From assembly GCA_963700145.1 (NCBI GenBank), contig OY969474.1, positions 4,896,001-4,960,000 on the forward strand: 64,000 nt of DNA. Direction: 5' to 3'. A model generated the notes under the pieces. That model made no database searches, was not told the origin of the DNA, and saw only the letters and a program-made list of their open reading frames with translations. Numbering within the stretch: position 1 is the first letter of the stretch; every line of letters begins with the position of its first letter. The stretch is from an uncultured Acidobacteriota bacterium. GTDB lineage: Bacteria > Acidobacteriota > Thermoanaerobaculia > Multivoradales > UBA5704. Positions 29,137 to 40,034 of the stretch are shown piece by piece. A program made the translations under genes and the position numbers.

Positions 29137-31569
29137 CTACTTGTAGAACAGAGGATACCGCCGCGGGTCGGCGTCGTGCATCATCGAGTAGACCGCATCG
29201 AAGATCGACTCGCGGTTGGGCTTGGACCAGTAGTCGCCGTCGGAGCCGTAGGCGGGGCGGTGGGGCTGGGCGGCGAGGGTGCGTGGCGGGGCGTCGAGCC
29301 AGTCGTAGCCGCCCTGCTCCTCGAGGACCTGCTGCAGGATGTAGCCGGTAGCGCCGCCGGGGACGTCCTCGTCGAGCGCCAGCAAGCGGTTCGTCTTCTC
29401 GAGCGACTCGACGATACGGTGCTCGCGGTCGAAGGGGAGCAGCGTCTGGACGTCGATCAGCTCGACTTCGATCCCGACCTGCGCCAGCTGCTCGGCGGCC
29501 TCCAGCGCGATGCGGCAGAGGGCGCCGTAGGTCACGACCGTCACGTCCGTCCCCTCGCGCAGCACCTCGGGCACGCCGAGCGGCACGGTGAAGTCGCCGA
29601 CGTTGGCCGGCAGCTTCTCCTTGACGCGGTAGCCGTTGAGCACCTCGACGACGAGCCCCGAGTCGTCGGAGCGCAGGAGCGTGTTGTAGAAGCCGGCCGC
29701 CTGGGTCATGTTGCGCGGCACGCACACGTAGAGGCCGCGCAGCAGGTGGATCGCGCCGCCCATCGGCGACCCCGCGTGCCAGATCCCCTCCAGGCGGTGG
29801 CCGCGGGTGCGGACGACGACCGGCGCACGCTGCCGCCCCTTGGTGCGGTAGCGCAGGGTCGCCAGGTCGTCGGAGAGGATCTGCAGCGCGTAGAGCAGGT
29901 AGTCGAGGTACTGGATCTCGGCGATCGGGCGCAGGCCGCGCATCGCCAGGCCGATCGCCTGGCCGATGATCGTCGCCTCGCGGATGCCGGTGTCGGCGAC
30001 GCGCAGCGCGCCGTACTTGGCCTGGAGACCGGCGAAGCCCTGGTTGACGTCGCCGAGCTGGCCCAAGTCCTCGCCCATCGCCACGAGCTGCGGCAGGCGG
30101 GCGAGGGCGGCGTCGAAGCAGGCGTTGAGCACCTCGAAGCCGTTGAGGGTCGGCGAGTCGTCGCGGTACTCGGCCGCCACCGCCGGCACCGCGAGCGCCG
30201 ACTCCGCGGTCTGGCTGTAGAGGTCGGAGCTGTAGCGCTCGGCGTTCGCGGCCTCGTAGGCGCGCCGCCACTCGACGAGCCGCTGCCGCGCCGGGGTTTC
30301 CTTCTCCCGCGCCGCCAGCAGCGCCCGGTGGGCGGCGGCGGCGAGGTCGCGCCGCAGCGGCGCCGGCTGCCGCCGCAGCTCCTGGGCGACCGCGGCGGCG
30401 TCCGCACCATCGTCCTGCGCCACGCCCTCGACCAAGCCCACGAGCGTCTTCCGTTCCTCCTCGATCGGCGCGCGGAAGTCGTCCCAGGCGCGCCGCTGCG
30501 CCTCGCGCACCGCCGCGCGGTCCTCCTCCTCCCAGCGCTCCAGCTCGCCCTCGCCGGCGATCCCCTGCGCCAGCAGCCACCCCCGCATCCGCTGGATGCC
30601 GTCCGCCTCGACCTCCCAGGCCAGCCGCTCGCGGCTCTTGTAGCGCTCGTGGCTGCCGGAGGTCGAATGCCCCTGCGGCTGCGTGCACTCGACGACGTGG
30701 ACGATCGCCGGCACCTGCTCGCGGCGCACGATCTCGGTGGCGCTCCAGTAGGTCTCGCACAGCGCCGGGTAGTCCCAGCCGCGCACGCGGTAGAGGTCGT
30801 AGCCGTCGCGCGAGCCGGGGGCGCGCTGGAAGCCGGCGAGGACCGCCGAGAGGTCGCTCTTCGTGATCTGCAGCTCGTTGGGCACCGAGATGCCGTAGCC
30901 GTCGTCCCAGATCGACAGCAGCGCCGGCGCGCGCAGCACGCCGATCGCGTTGACCGACTCCCAGAAGAGGCCCTCGGCGGCGCTGGCGTTGCCGATGGTG
31001 CCGAAGGCCACCTCGTCGCCGTGGCGCGAGAAGCCTTTGGCGGCGCCGTGGGCGGCCAGCTCCGGCAGCTCGCGGTAGAGGCGCGAGGCCTGAGCGAGGC
31101 CGACGAGGCGCGGCATCTGCGAGCCGGTGGGTGAGACGTCGGCCGCCGAGTTGTAGCGCTCGACCATCTCGACCCAGGAGCCGTCCGGGTTGACCAGGCA
31201 GGTCGAGAAGTGCGCGGTCATCGAGCGGCCGGCCGAGCAGGGCTCGCGCTCGAGGTCGGCGTCGGCGTAGAGCTGGGCGAAGAACTGCTCGATGGTCAGC
31301 AGCCCGAGCGCAAACATCAGCGTCTGGTCGCGGTAGTAGCCGGAGCGGAAGTCCCCCTTGCGGAAGGCGTGCGCGAGGGCGACCTGCGCCACCTCCTTGC
31401 CGTCGCCGAAGATGCCGAACTTGGCCTTGCCGGTGAGCACCTCGCGGCGGCCGAGGAGACTGGCCTGGCGGCTCTTGAAGGCCAGCCGGTAGTCGGCGAC
31501 GGCGGTCGCGGGAGTGAAGAGCTGGGCGGGGGTCGCGCCGGCGGCGAGCGGGGGGCTCTCCTGGATCAT
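29137..31569 (-). CDS. 2-oxoacid (probably branched-chain) dehydrogenase E1, fused alpha+beta
   Basis: SGYYRDQT, ThDP motif [54 protein letters not shown]. Start uncertain. Confidence 0.9.
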   Translation of the reverse strand: MIQESPPLAAGATPAQLFTPATAVADYRLAFKSRQASLLGRREVLTGKAKFGIFGDGKEVAQVALAHAFRKGDFRSGYYRDQTLMFALGLLTIEQFFAQLYADADLEREPCSAGRSMTAHFSTCLVNPDGSWVEMVERYNSAADVSPTGSQMPRLVGLAQASRLYRELPELAAHGAAKGFSRHGDEVAFGTIGNASAAEGLFWESVNAIGVLRAPALLSIWDDGYGISVPNELQITKSDLSAVLAGFQRAPGSRDGYDLYRVRGWDYPALCETYWSATEIVRREQVPAIVHVVECTQPQGHSTSGSHERYKSRERLAWEVEADGIQRMRGWLLAQGIAGEGELERWEEEDRAAVREAQRRAWDDFRAPIEEERKTLVGLVEGVAQDDGADAAAVAQELRRQPAPLRRDLAAAAHRALLAAREKETPARQRLVEWRRAYEAANAERYSSDLYSQTAESALAVPAVAAEYRDDSPTLNGFEVLNACFDAALARLPQLVAMGEDLGQLGDVNQGFAGLQAKYGALRVADTGIREATIIGQAIGLAMRGLRPIAEIQYLDYLLYALQILSDDLATLRYRTKGRQRAPVVVRTRGHRLEGIWHAGSPMGGAIHLLRGLYVCVPRNMTQAAGFYNTLLRSDDSGLVVEVLNGYRVKEKLPANVGDFTVPLGVPEVLREGTDVTVVTYGALCRIALEAAEQLAQVGIEVELIDVQTLLPFDREHRIVESLEKTNRLLALDEDVPGGATGYILQQVLEEQGGYDWLDAPPRTLAAQPHRPAYGSDGDYWSKPNRESIFDAVYSMMHDADPRRYPLFYK

Positions 31570-31612
31570 CCCGGGGCCGGATGCTAGCAGAGGGCCGGGA
31601 TATCCTCCGGCG

Positions 31613-32473
31613 GTGCTGCTCAAGGTCTTGGCCGTCGCCAACGCGCTCGCGCTCCGCGCCGTCGGGGCGCGGCGGCGGCGTCTGCGGCTCGGCGAGGCGA
31701 CCCTCGCCTACAGCCGGCTCGGCCCGCGCCGCGGCGAGCCCTGGGTGCTGGTCCACGGCCTGGGCTCGGTGGGGACGAGCTGGGCGCCGGTCCTGCGCGC
31801 CCTGCGCCGCGACTGCCGCCTCGTCGTGCCGGAGATGTCGGCGCTCGGCGGCTCGCGGGTCCGCGGCGACGCCTTCAGCGTCCAGGACGGCGCGCGCGCG
31901 CTGGCCAGTCTCGTCGAGCGCGAATTCGGCGGCCGGCCGGTGACGATCGCCGGGCTCTCGCTCGGCGGCTGGATGGCGGTGCGCCTCGCCCTCGCCCGCC
32001 CCGAGCTCGTCGCCCGCCTCGTGCTGATCGACGCCGGCGGCTACCGCGAGCAGGACTGGGCGAAGATCCAGTACCTGGTGACGGTGGACGACCTGGCCGG
32101 CGTCGAGCGCCTCTACCGCGCCCTCTTCGTCAAGGTCCCCTGGTCGTTTGACCACGGCCGCCGCAGCTTCCTCGAGGCCTACACCTCGAAGAGCGTGCGC
32201 ACGGTCCTCGAGACGACGCGCGAGGAGGACACCTACGACGACGGCGACCTCGGGCGCGTCCGCGTGCCGGCGGCGGTCGTCTGGGGGGAGGGCGACGGCA
32301 TCTTCCCGCTCGCCACGGCGCGCGCCATGGCCGCCGCCCTGCCGCAGGGGAGCCTGCGCGTCCTCGAAGGGTGCGGCCACGGCGTCCACTGGGAGTGCCC
32401 GCGGGCGCTGGTCGAGGCGATCCAGGAGTTCCGGCGCGAGACGGCCGGCGCGGGGGTGGCGCGGGCGGCGTAG
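31613..32473 (+). CDS. Alpha/beta fold hydrolase
   Basis: VLVHGLG, GLSLGG nucleophile elbow, [14 protein letters not shown]. Confidence 0.88.
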   Translation: MLLKVLAVANALALRAVGARRRRLRLGEATLAYSRLGPRRGEPWVLVHGLGSVGTSWAPVLRALRRDCRLVVPEMSALGGSRVRGDAFSVQDGARALASLVEREFGGRPVTIAGLSLGGWMAVRLALARPELVARLVLIDAGGYREQDWAKIQYLVTVDDLAGVERLYRALFVKVPWSFDHGRRSFLEAYTSKSVRTVLETTREEDTYDDGDLGRVRVPAAVVWGEGDGIFPLATARAMAAALPQGSLRVLEGCGHGVHWECPRALVEAIQEFRRETAGAGVARAA

Positions 32474-32482
32474 AGTAGCTCC

Positions 32483-32647
32483 ATGGCCGAGCCCGACTAC
32501 GTCGTCTGCCTCGACTGCGAGACCCCCTGCTACGTCTTCGAGTGGGAGGCGGGGAAGCTCACCGAGTGCATCTGCGCGGCCTGCGGCAACGACGACCTCG
32601 ACCAGTTCGCGCTGCCGGAGGACTTCGAGGACCTGATCGGCGCCTAG
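32483..32647 (+). CDS. Small Cys-rich (zinc-ribbon-like) protein, 54 aa
   Basis: MAEPDYVVCLDCETPCYVFEWEAGKLTECICAACGNDDLDQFALPEDFEDLIGA*. GC3-rich codons, 9 bp after the hydrolase stop. Confidence 0.75.
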   Translation: MAEPDYVVCLDCETPCYVFEWEAGKLTECICAACGNDDLDQFALPEDFEDLIGA

Positions 32648-32659
32648 CGGCCGGCGCCG

Positions 32660-33748
32660 TCAGATCTCGTCGCCGAAGGCGACCCCGAGCGCGCGGGCGG
32701 CGCGCACCATCTCCCCCTGCGGGTCGACGGTCTTGATCGCCCGCACCGCCTGCTCGATCTCGCAGTCCCCGACCCGGCCGTTGAGCAGCCGCACCATCCG
32801 CCCGAGCTGCCCCTCCATCGCCAGGTGGGCGGCCCGCTCGCCGAAGAGAGTGGCGAGGAGGCGGTCGAAGGGGACCGGCCGGCCGCCGCGCTGGAGGTGC
32901 CCGAGGACGGTGGCGCGCACCTCGATCGACGGCGGCAGCAGCTCTCTCAGCTCGTGCTTGAGCCGCTCGCCCGCCCCGCCGAGCCGCTCCTGACCGGTGA
33001 CCGCGTCCACCTCGGCGACGCTGGCCTCGCCGCCCCGCCGCACCGCCCCTTCCGCCACCACGACGATCGAAGAGGCACGCCCGCGGTTGCCGCACCGTTC
33101 GACCGCCGCCGCCACCGGCTCCAGGGCGTAGGGGATCTCCGGGATCAGGATGACGTCGGCCGCGCCGGTCAGGCCGGCGTGGAGGGCGATCCAGCCGGCG
33201 TGCCGGCCCATGACCTCGAGCAGCATCACCCGGTGGTGGCTCTCGGCGGTGTCGCGCAGCCGGTCGAGGGCGTCGGTCGCCACCTCGATGGCGGTCCAGA
33301 AGCCGAAGGTGTAGTCAGTGGCGGCGAGATCGTTGTCGATCGTCTTGGGCACTGCCACGACGTGGACGCCCATCTTTCCCAGCTCGGCGGCGATCCCCAG
33401 CGTGCCGTCGCCGCCGATCACGATCAGCGCGTCGATCCCGGCGGCGCGCACGTTCTCGACCACCTCGGCGGAGCGGTCGGCGGCGCCGCCGCCCGGCAGC
33501 GGGTAGGCGAAGGGGTTGGCGCGGTTGGTGGTGCCGAGGACGGTGCCGCCGAGACCGATCAGGTGGCGGACGTCGGCGGCGCAGAGCGGGCGGAAGCGCC
33601 GCTCGATGAGGCCTGCGAAGCCGTCCAGCACCCCCACGACCTCGGCGCCGTAGACCCGCTCGGCGGTGCGGACGACGGCGCGGATCACGGCGTTGAGGCC
33701 GGGGGCGTCGCCGCCGCCGGTGAGGATGCCGAGGCGCTTGGCGGGCAT
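32660..33748 (-). CDS. pfkA: 6-phosphofructokinase (PfkA family)
   Basis: GILTGGGDAPGLNAVI, GGTVLGT, IGGDGT, PKTIDND, EVMGRHAGW, LGHLQRGG. Confidence 0.93.
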   Translation of the reverse strand: MPAKRLGILTGGGDAPGLNAVIRAVVRTAERVYGAEVVGVLDGFAGLIERRFRPLCAADVRHLIGLGGTVLGTTNRANPFAYPLPGGGAADRSAEVVENVRAAGIDALIVIGGDGTLGIAAELGKMGVHVVAVPKTIDNDLAATDYTFGFWTAIEVATDALDRLRDTAESHHRVMLLEVMGRHAGWIALHAGLTGAADVILIPEIPYALEPVAAAVERCGNRGRASSIVVVAEGAVRRGGEASVAEVDAVTGQERLGGAGERLKHELRELLPPSIEVRATVLGHLQRGGRPVPFDRLLATLFGERAAHLAMEGQLGRMVRLLNGRVGDCEIEQAVRAIKTVDPQGEMVRAARALGVAFGDEI

Positions 33749-33797
33749 GTAGGTGATCCTACCCCGGGCGCCGGCGCTTAAAATCTGCGCAGAAGCA

Positions 33798-33833
33798 GCT
33801 AAGATCACTGCCGGCGCTTGACACGATCTTAGC
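33798..33833. promoter_or_regulatory. Inverted repeat bracketing the -35 box (candidate operator)
   Basis: GCTAAGATC-N18-GATCTTAGC with perfect 9-bp arms. Confidence 0.5.
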
Positions 33834-33846
33834 CTTGGAATATCAT
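33818..33846 (+). promoter_or_regulatory. Sigma70-type promoter of the Hsp20 gene
   Basis: TTGACA (33818) - 17 bp - TATCAT (33841). Confidence 0.75.
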
Positions 33847-33892
33847 TCTTTGTGTCTGGCGGCGAGAGAAACCGCCGCGAAAGGAGACAGTC

Positions 33893-34336
33893 ATGATGCG
33901 CAATTCCATGTCCCGTTGGACCCCCGCCCCCCCGGCCGGGAGGGAGCCGTTCTACCGCCTGTTCGAGACCCTCTTCAACCAGGATCAGGGTGAGGACATC
34001 GGCACCCGCTCCTGGGCGCCGCCGGTCGACGTCAGCGAGACCGAGGACGCCTATGTGGTCAAGGCCGAGCTTCCCGGCATGAGCCGTGAGGACCTCGACA
34101 TCACCCTCGAGAACAACGTCCTCCGCATCGCCGGCGAGCGCAAGTTCGACCGCGACGAGAAGAAGGAGAACTACCACCGGATCGAGCGCTCCTACGGCGC
34201 GTTCTCGCGCGCCTTCGCGCTGCCGACCCAGGTGGACGCCGAGAAGGTGGAGGCGACGTTCAAGGACGGCGTGCTGACCGTCACCGTCCCCAAGGCCGAG
34301 CAGGCGCGGCCGCGCAAGATCAACATCGCCGCCTGA
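33893..34336 (+). CDS. Hsp20/alpha-crystallin small heat shock protein
   Basis: WAPPVDVSE, AELPGM, YHRIERSYGAFSRAFALP, FKDGVLTVTVPK. AAGGAG RBS. Confidence 0.96.
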   Translation: MMRNSMSRWTPAPPAGREPFYRLFETLFNQDQGEDIGTRSWAPPVDVSETEDAYVVKAELPGMSREDLDITLENNVLRIAGERKFDRDEKKENYHRIERSYGAFSRAFALPTQVDAEKVEATFKDGVLTVTVPKAEQARPRKINIAA

Positions 34337-34363
34337 GCGCCGTAAGGCGCCCGAGCGTGTTTC

Positions 34364-34393
34364 CGGTCGGCCCCCGCGAGGGGGCGCCGACCG
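34364..34393. terminator. GC-rich hairpin between convergent genes
   Basis: CGGTCGGC...GCCGACCG stem. No strong U-tract. Confidence 0.4.
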
Positions 34394-34422
34394 CGCGCTT
34401 GCTCAGTTTGCCCTCCGGATTC

Positions 34423-35538
34423 TTATTTGGTCCCGAACGGGCTTCCTACGAAGGCGCTGAAGGTCCACGCTTCGGTATCGGAGCGCCACCCCACGGCCAC
34501 GCCGCCATTGAGTAAGCCGGAGTCATTGCGGAGGACCCATACAGGGAGCTCGGCCCCGGTGACGTCATTCTCGAAGTCGCGTGTGAGGCGCAGGCCAATA
34601 GCTGCGGTTGCCCGCGGAAAGAAGCGACGGGACTCTAGCTGGAGGAGCTGCTTCTCGACTCGACCGGGCGCGCCGAGCGCGAGACTCTGGCAACGCAACG
34701 AGCCCACGGGACCGAAGGGTTCGCAGACCTGCTGTTTCACCTTACCCTCGAATGAGTCTTCGTAGGTGAAGGAGAGTCCGACGTAAGGCAGCGGACTCAC
34801 GACTGGCAGCCAGCCAGCACTGATGGTACCGCTGTAGCCGTCATGCTTTTCTTGCCGGCGCTCGAGCGTCTCTGCCACCGCGAAGTTGAAGGTTGTGGGC
34901 GTCGCATACGTGGCCTCGCTGGCGAAGAAGAAACTGCCGCCAGTGGCTCCTATGCCTTTGAGGAAATTTCTGCGGCCACGCGGCGAGAGATCGTCCGTCG
35001 AGACATCGCTGGGGACAGCTTTCGCGGGGTTTTCTTTGCTCCACGCTACGTCGAGTTTCTCTCTGAAGGCCGCTGCGTCCTTACCTATCGCAGCAGTCAG
35101 TTTCTCCACAACGTCTTGCCGTATCTCCTCGGGCGTCTTTCCCAGTCGTCGGAAGCCCAGAGTCACGCTGGTTTGGTCGGCAAGTCCCTTCAAGGTCGCA
35201 AGCTCAGAGCGGTCGGAGTCTCGGCTAACCGGACCGGCGAGCTTCAGGGTGGCCCGGAGCCGTTCTGGCTCTTCACGGCCTGCGAAACCGATCTCAATGG
35301 CGGCGCGGGAGTCTGTCTGCGTCGCTTCAACGATCGCCTGGAGATTCGTCCTTCTCACCGGCGAGGAGAGGCTCGGATCTTCGAGCGTCTTGAGATCGTT
35401 TTCGATCAGTTCGTCGACACCGGACCCGTCCACGGAAGGAGCTGTGACCTGGGCAGTCTCACGGCCGCTCTGGGCGGCCGCCATCGATTCCATTGAGACG
35501 ACAAGTACCAACGGCAAAATCAGGCAGCGTGTTTTCAT
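34423..35538 (-). CDS. Hypothetical exported protein, beta-strand-rich C-terminus
   Basis: Signal peptide MKTRCLILPLVLVV, AGGAG RBS, lower GC than the flanks. Confidence 0.65.
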   Translation of the reverse strand: MKTRCLILPLVLVVSMESMAAAQSGRETAQVTAPSVDGSGVDELIENDLKTLEDPSLSSPVRRTNLQAIVEATQTDSRAAIEIGFAGREEPERLRATLKLAGPVSRDSDRSELATLKGLADQTSVTLGFRRLGKTPEEIRQDVVEKLTAAIGKDAAAFREKLDVAWSKENPAKAVPSDVSTDDLSPRGRRNFLKGIGATGGSFFFASEATYATPTTFNFAVAETLERRQEKHDGYSGTISAGWLPVVSPLPYVGLSFTYEDSFEGKVKQQVCEPFGPVGSLRCQSLALGAPGRVEKQLLQLESRRFFPRATAAIGLRLTRDFENDVTGAELPVWVLRNDSGLLNGGVAVGWRSDTEAWTFSAFVGSPFGTK

Positions 35539-35551
35539 GACGCCGATCTCC

Positions 35552-35824
35552 TCACTCGTTCACTGAAAACTTCTTGGTTCCAACGGTGACTCCGTCGCTT
35601 GGCACCCGGTGTTTCCGTGACCACACCGCCTCGGGGGGTGCTTTGATCTCCATCTCGAATTCGGTCCCAGGCGCCGCGACCAGGAAGTAGACGAGCACGT
35701 GCATGCCGGGTTCGACTTGTGTCTTCGCAGTGCCGGCCGAATCGAAGACGAGCTTCTTCATATCGATCTGAGCGTGGACATCCGCATCCTTCGGCGACCG
35801 TTTCACGATCACTTCTTTGGCCAT
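35552..35824 (-). CDS. Small hypothetical beta-rich protein
   Basis: AAAGGAGA RBS before ATG 35824 (MAKEVIVKRS...), 13 bp upstream of the next gene. Confidence 0.6.
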   Translation of the reverse strand: MAKEVIVKRSPKDADVHAQIDMKKLVFDSAGTAKTQVEPGMHVLVYFLVAAPGTEFEMEIKAPPEAVWSRKHRVPSDGVTVGTKKFSVNE

Positions 35825-36030
35825 GTCGCGTCTCCTTTCGTCGCGGGTGGAACGGCCCGCGCTAGCAGTCTTCCGGGAGGTTCCCGGCATTGAGACGGAC
35901 GTAGACCGTGGATTCCGGCGGCGGGACGCCAACGTCTAGCGATGCGCCAAGCGCCTACCCGCGACAGGCACGCCGGTGTCACCAAGGGGGCCCAAGACCT
36001 TGGCTGCCAGGCGAGAGATGCGGTGTACGC

Positions 36031-36702
36031 TTAGGAGCGAGGGCCCGGCGAGAAAAATCGTCGCGCTCGTGAACCGCCCGATCGGATGTATGAGACTGGT
36101 GGCCGGTCGAGCAGGAGCCGCACGTAGAAGCCCGCCCAGAGCACGAAGGGCAGCGCCAGCTTGAGCGGCAGGTCGAGCAGGTGCTCGGCGAGCCCCCAGG
36201 CGTTGCGCGCGAAGGGGCCGTAGTGGGCGAGGCTCCAGGCGCCGAGCCCGGTGGCGTAGACCGACTGCACGAAGACGACGAGGAGTAGCAGGTCGAAGAC
36301 CGCCGTGGCGAGGGCGCCCCAGCCGAGGTTGCGCAGCCGCTCCCGCCAGGGCACGCCGGGGACCGCTAGGAAGAGCGCGCCGAGCAGCACCAGGTGGAAG
36401 TGGAGGTCGGTGACGCGGAAGCCGCGCACCAGCGTCCGGGCCGGCGGGAAGTCGCGCCGCGCGAGATAGGCGTCGTGGCCGCCGGCGCGCGGCAGGAGGT
36501 CGCTGACGTTCGGGCTCTCGGCGAGGTGGAGGAGCGCTTCGCCGCTGGCGAGCAGGAGCCGGTTGTAGCCGGGCGCGGCGAGCGCCCAGACCGCCCAGAC
36601 GGGCAGGAGCCACAGAAGGGCGTTGCGCAGCAGGCGGACCGCCCAACCGGCGCGGCGGCCGGCGGCGGGCGGCCTAGCCGGGCGCGGTCCGGCGGAGCGC
36701 AA
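36031..36702 (-). CDS. Exosortase H-associated membrane protein
   Basis: Several TM helices, overlapping the 3' end of xrtH. Confidence 0.6.
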   Translation of the reverse strand: MRSAGPRPARPPAAGRRAGWAVRLLRNALLWLLPVWAVWALAAPGYNRLLLASGEALLHLAESPNVSDLLPRAGGHDAYLARRDFPPARTLVRGFRVTDLHFHLVLLGALFLAVPGVPWRERLRNLGWGALATAVFDLLLLVVFVQSVYATGLGAWSLAHYGPFARNAWGLAEHLLDLPLKLALPFVLWAGFYVRLLLDRPPVSYIRSGGSRARRFFSPGPRS

Positions 36703-37171
36703 CCCGGTCGGCCCAGAGGACCCAGAGCAGGACGCCGCAGAGGACGACGAGCGTCTGCCAGACGACCGTGTGGGACGTGTCGAAGAAGCGCGGCAGGTAG
36801 GCGCCGGTCAGGAAGAGCGCCACCACCCGCACGAGATTCACGAGCTGGATCAGCACCGCGCCGGCCGCCAGGCCCAGCAGGCGCGCCCGCCAGGAGGCCG
36901 GGAAGGCGAGCACCGCGGCGCCGAAGATGAGCAGCGTCTCGACGCCGTTGCAGCCGTTGCGGATGTTGACCGCGAAGCGGTCGCTGCGGATGACCGTCCC
37001 CTCCATCCGTACGTCCTGTCCCAGGAGGTCGAGCGCCACCCCGCTCGCCCGCGCCACCCAGCCGGTGAACGGCTCGATCGCATGGTCGTTCACCCAGTTG
37101 AGCGAGACCACCGTGAACCCGCCGGCCAGGAGCAGGAGGAAAATCCCGAGAAAACGTGCTTCGCGTCGCAG
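36674..37171 (-). CDS. xrtH: Exosortase H (IPTL-CTERM type); start uncertain
   Basis: [10 protein letters not shown] (catalytic Cys), NLVRVV (Arg), SHTVVWQ (His). The first TM helix [16 protein letters not shown] lies upstream of the first GTG at 37111. Confidence 0.82.
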   Translation of the reverse strand: MRREARFLGIFLLLLAGGFTVVSLNWVNDHAIEPFTGWVARASGVALDLLGQDVRMEGTVIRSDRFAVNIRNGCNGVETLLIFGAAVLAFPASWRARLLGLAAGAVLIQLVNLVRVVALFLTGAYLPRFFDTSHTVVWQTLVVLCGVLLWVLWADRVALRRTAPG

Positions 37172-37188
37172 GCGGTCAGTTTATCGAA

Positions 37189-37217
37189 TTGACACTCCGC
37201 AGGCCCGCCACTACGAT
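37189..37217 (+). promoter_or_regulatory. Sigma70-type promoter of the pyrR-pyrB-pyrC operon
   Basis: TTGACA (37189) - 17 bp - TACGAT (37212). Confidence 0.7.
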
Positions 37218-37237
37218 GCCGCGGACCCGGAGCAAGC

Positions 37238-37794
37238 GTGGCCCACCCCCACCTGACGCCGAAGACCACCCTCCTCGACGCCGACCAGATGTCCCGCGCG
37301 ATCCGCCGTATGGCGGAGGAGATCGTGGAGCGCAACCGCGGAGTGGGGGACCTGCTGCTGGTCGGCATCCGCACCCGCGGCGTGCCGCTCGCCGAGGCCC
37401 TCGCCGCCGAGATCGGGCGCCTGGCGGGGACGGCGGTCCCGCTCGGCGTCCTCGACATCACCCTCTACCGCGACGACCTCTCGCTCATCGCCGCGCAGCC
37501 GATCGTACGCGAGAGCCGGCTGCCCGGCTCGATCGACGACCGCGTCATCGTCCTCTGCGACGACGTCCTCTACACCGGCCGCACCGTGCGCGCCGCCCTC
37601 GACCAGCTCGTCGATTACGGCCGCCCGCGGCAGGTGCAGCTCGCGGTGCTGGTCGACCGCGGCCACCGCGAGCTGCCGATCCAGGCCGACTTCGTCGGCA
37701 CGCGGGTCGAGACGGCGCCCGACGAGGTCGTCGAGGTCAACTTCCAGTCCACCGACGGCGTCGAGCAGGTGCGTCTCCTCGAGCGGGCCGCCTG

Positions 37795-37795
<1 letters not shown>
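37238..37795 (+). CDS. pyrR: Pyrimidine regulatory protein / uracil phosphoribosyltransferase PyrR
   Basis: [40 protein letters not shown]. Confidence 0.96.
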
Positions 37796-38744
<949 letters not shown>

Positions 38745-38748
<4 letters not shown>

Positions 38749-40034
38749 GCCGGCCGCTGCTCGTCGCCGGCGGGCGGCTGGTCGACCCGTCGCAGGGGCT
38801 CGACGGCCGCTTCGACCTGCTGCTCGAGGACGGCAAGGTGGCGCGCGTCGAGGAGCGGCTGGAGGCTCCCGAAGGGGCCGAGACGCTCGACGCCTCGGGC
38901 CTGGTGGTGGCGCCCGGCTTCATCGACATCCACGTCCACCTGCGCGAGCCGGGGCAGGAGTACAAGGAGACGGTCGAGAGCGGCACCGCGGCGGCGGCGG
39001 CCGGCGGCTTCACCGCCGTCGCCTGCATGGCCAACACCGACCCGGTCAACGACAACCGCTCGGTCACCGAGCTGATCCTCTCTGAGGCACGCCGCTGCTC
39101 GACCGCGCGCGTCTATCCGATCGGCGCGGTGTCCAAGGGGCTGGCCGGCGAGGAGCTGGCCGAGTACGGCGAGATGGCGCGCGGCGGGATCGTCGCCGTC
39201 TCCGACGACGGCAAGCCGGTGCAGAGCGCCGAGCTGATGCGCCGCGCCCTGCTCTACGCCCAGCACTACGGCCTGCCCGTCGTGCAGCACGCCGAGGACC
39301 TCCACCTCGCCGCCGCCGGCGTCATGCACGAGGGGGAGTGGTCGACGCGGCTCGGGCTCCCCGGCCTCCCCGGCGCCGCCGAGGACGTGATGGTGGCGCG
39401 CGACCTCCTGCTGCTCGCGGAGACCGGCGGCCGCTACCACGTCGCCCACCTCTCGACGGCGCGGACGCTGGAGCTGGTGCGGCGGGCGAAGGAGCGCGGC
39501 TTGGGCGTCACCTGCGAGGTGACGCCGCACCACCTCCTGCTGACCGACGAGGAGGTCTGGAAGAGCCAGTTCTCGACCGACACCAAGATGAAGCCGCCGC
39601 TGCGCGCCGAGGCCGACCGGCAGGCGCTCCTCGCCGGCCTCGCCGACGGCACGGTGGACGCCATTGCCAGCGACCACGCGCCGCACCACGCGGACGAGAA
39701 GGACGTCGAGTTCAGCCTGGCGCCGTTCGGGATCGTGGGGCTCGAGACGACGGTGTCGCTCTGCCTCGACCGCCTCGTGCGTCCCGGCCTGATTGCGCTG
39801 TCGCGCCTGGTCGAGCTGCTCTCGACCGGGCCGGCACGCGCGTTCGCCCTGCCGGGGGGGAGCCTCAAGCCCGGCAGCCCCGCCGACCTCACGCTCCTCG
39901 ACCTGGAGCGGCGGGTGAAGGTGGACCCCGCCGCCTTCCGCAGCAAGTCGCGCAACACGCCGTTCCACGGCTGGGAGCTGACCGGCGCGCCGGCCGGCAC
40001 GATCCTCGGCGGCCGGCGGATCGCGCTGCCGTGA
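38745..40034 (+). CDS. pyrC: Dihydroorotase
   Basis: [50 protein letters not shown]. Confidence 0.96.

Noticed and set aside
35830-36030. Possible ncRNA or riboswitch in the intergenic region
   Set aside because: No recognisable conserved aptamer or tRNA motif; a covariance-model search would be needed.
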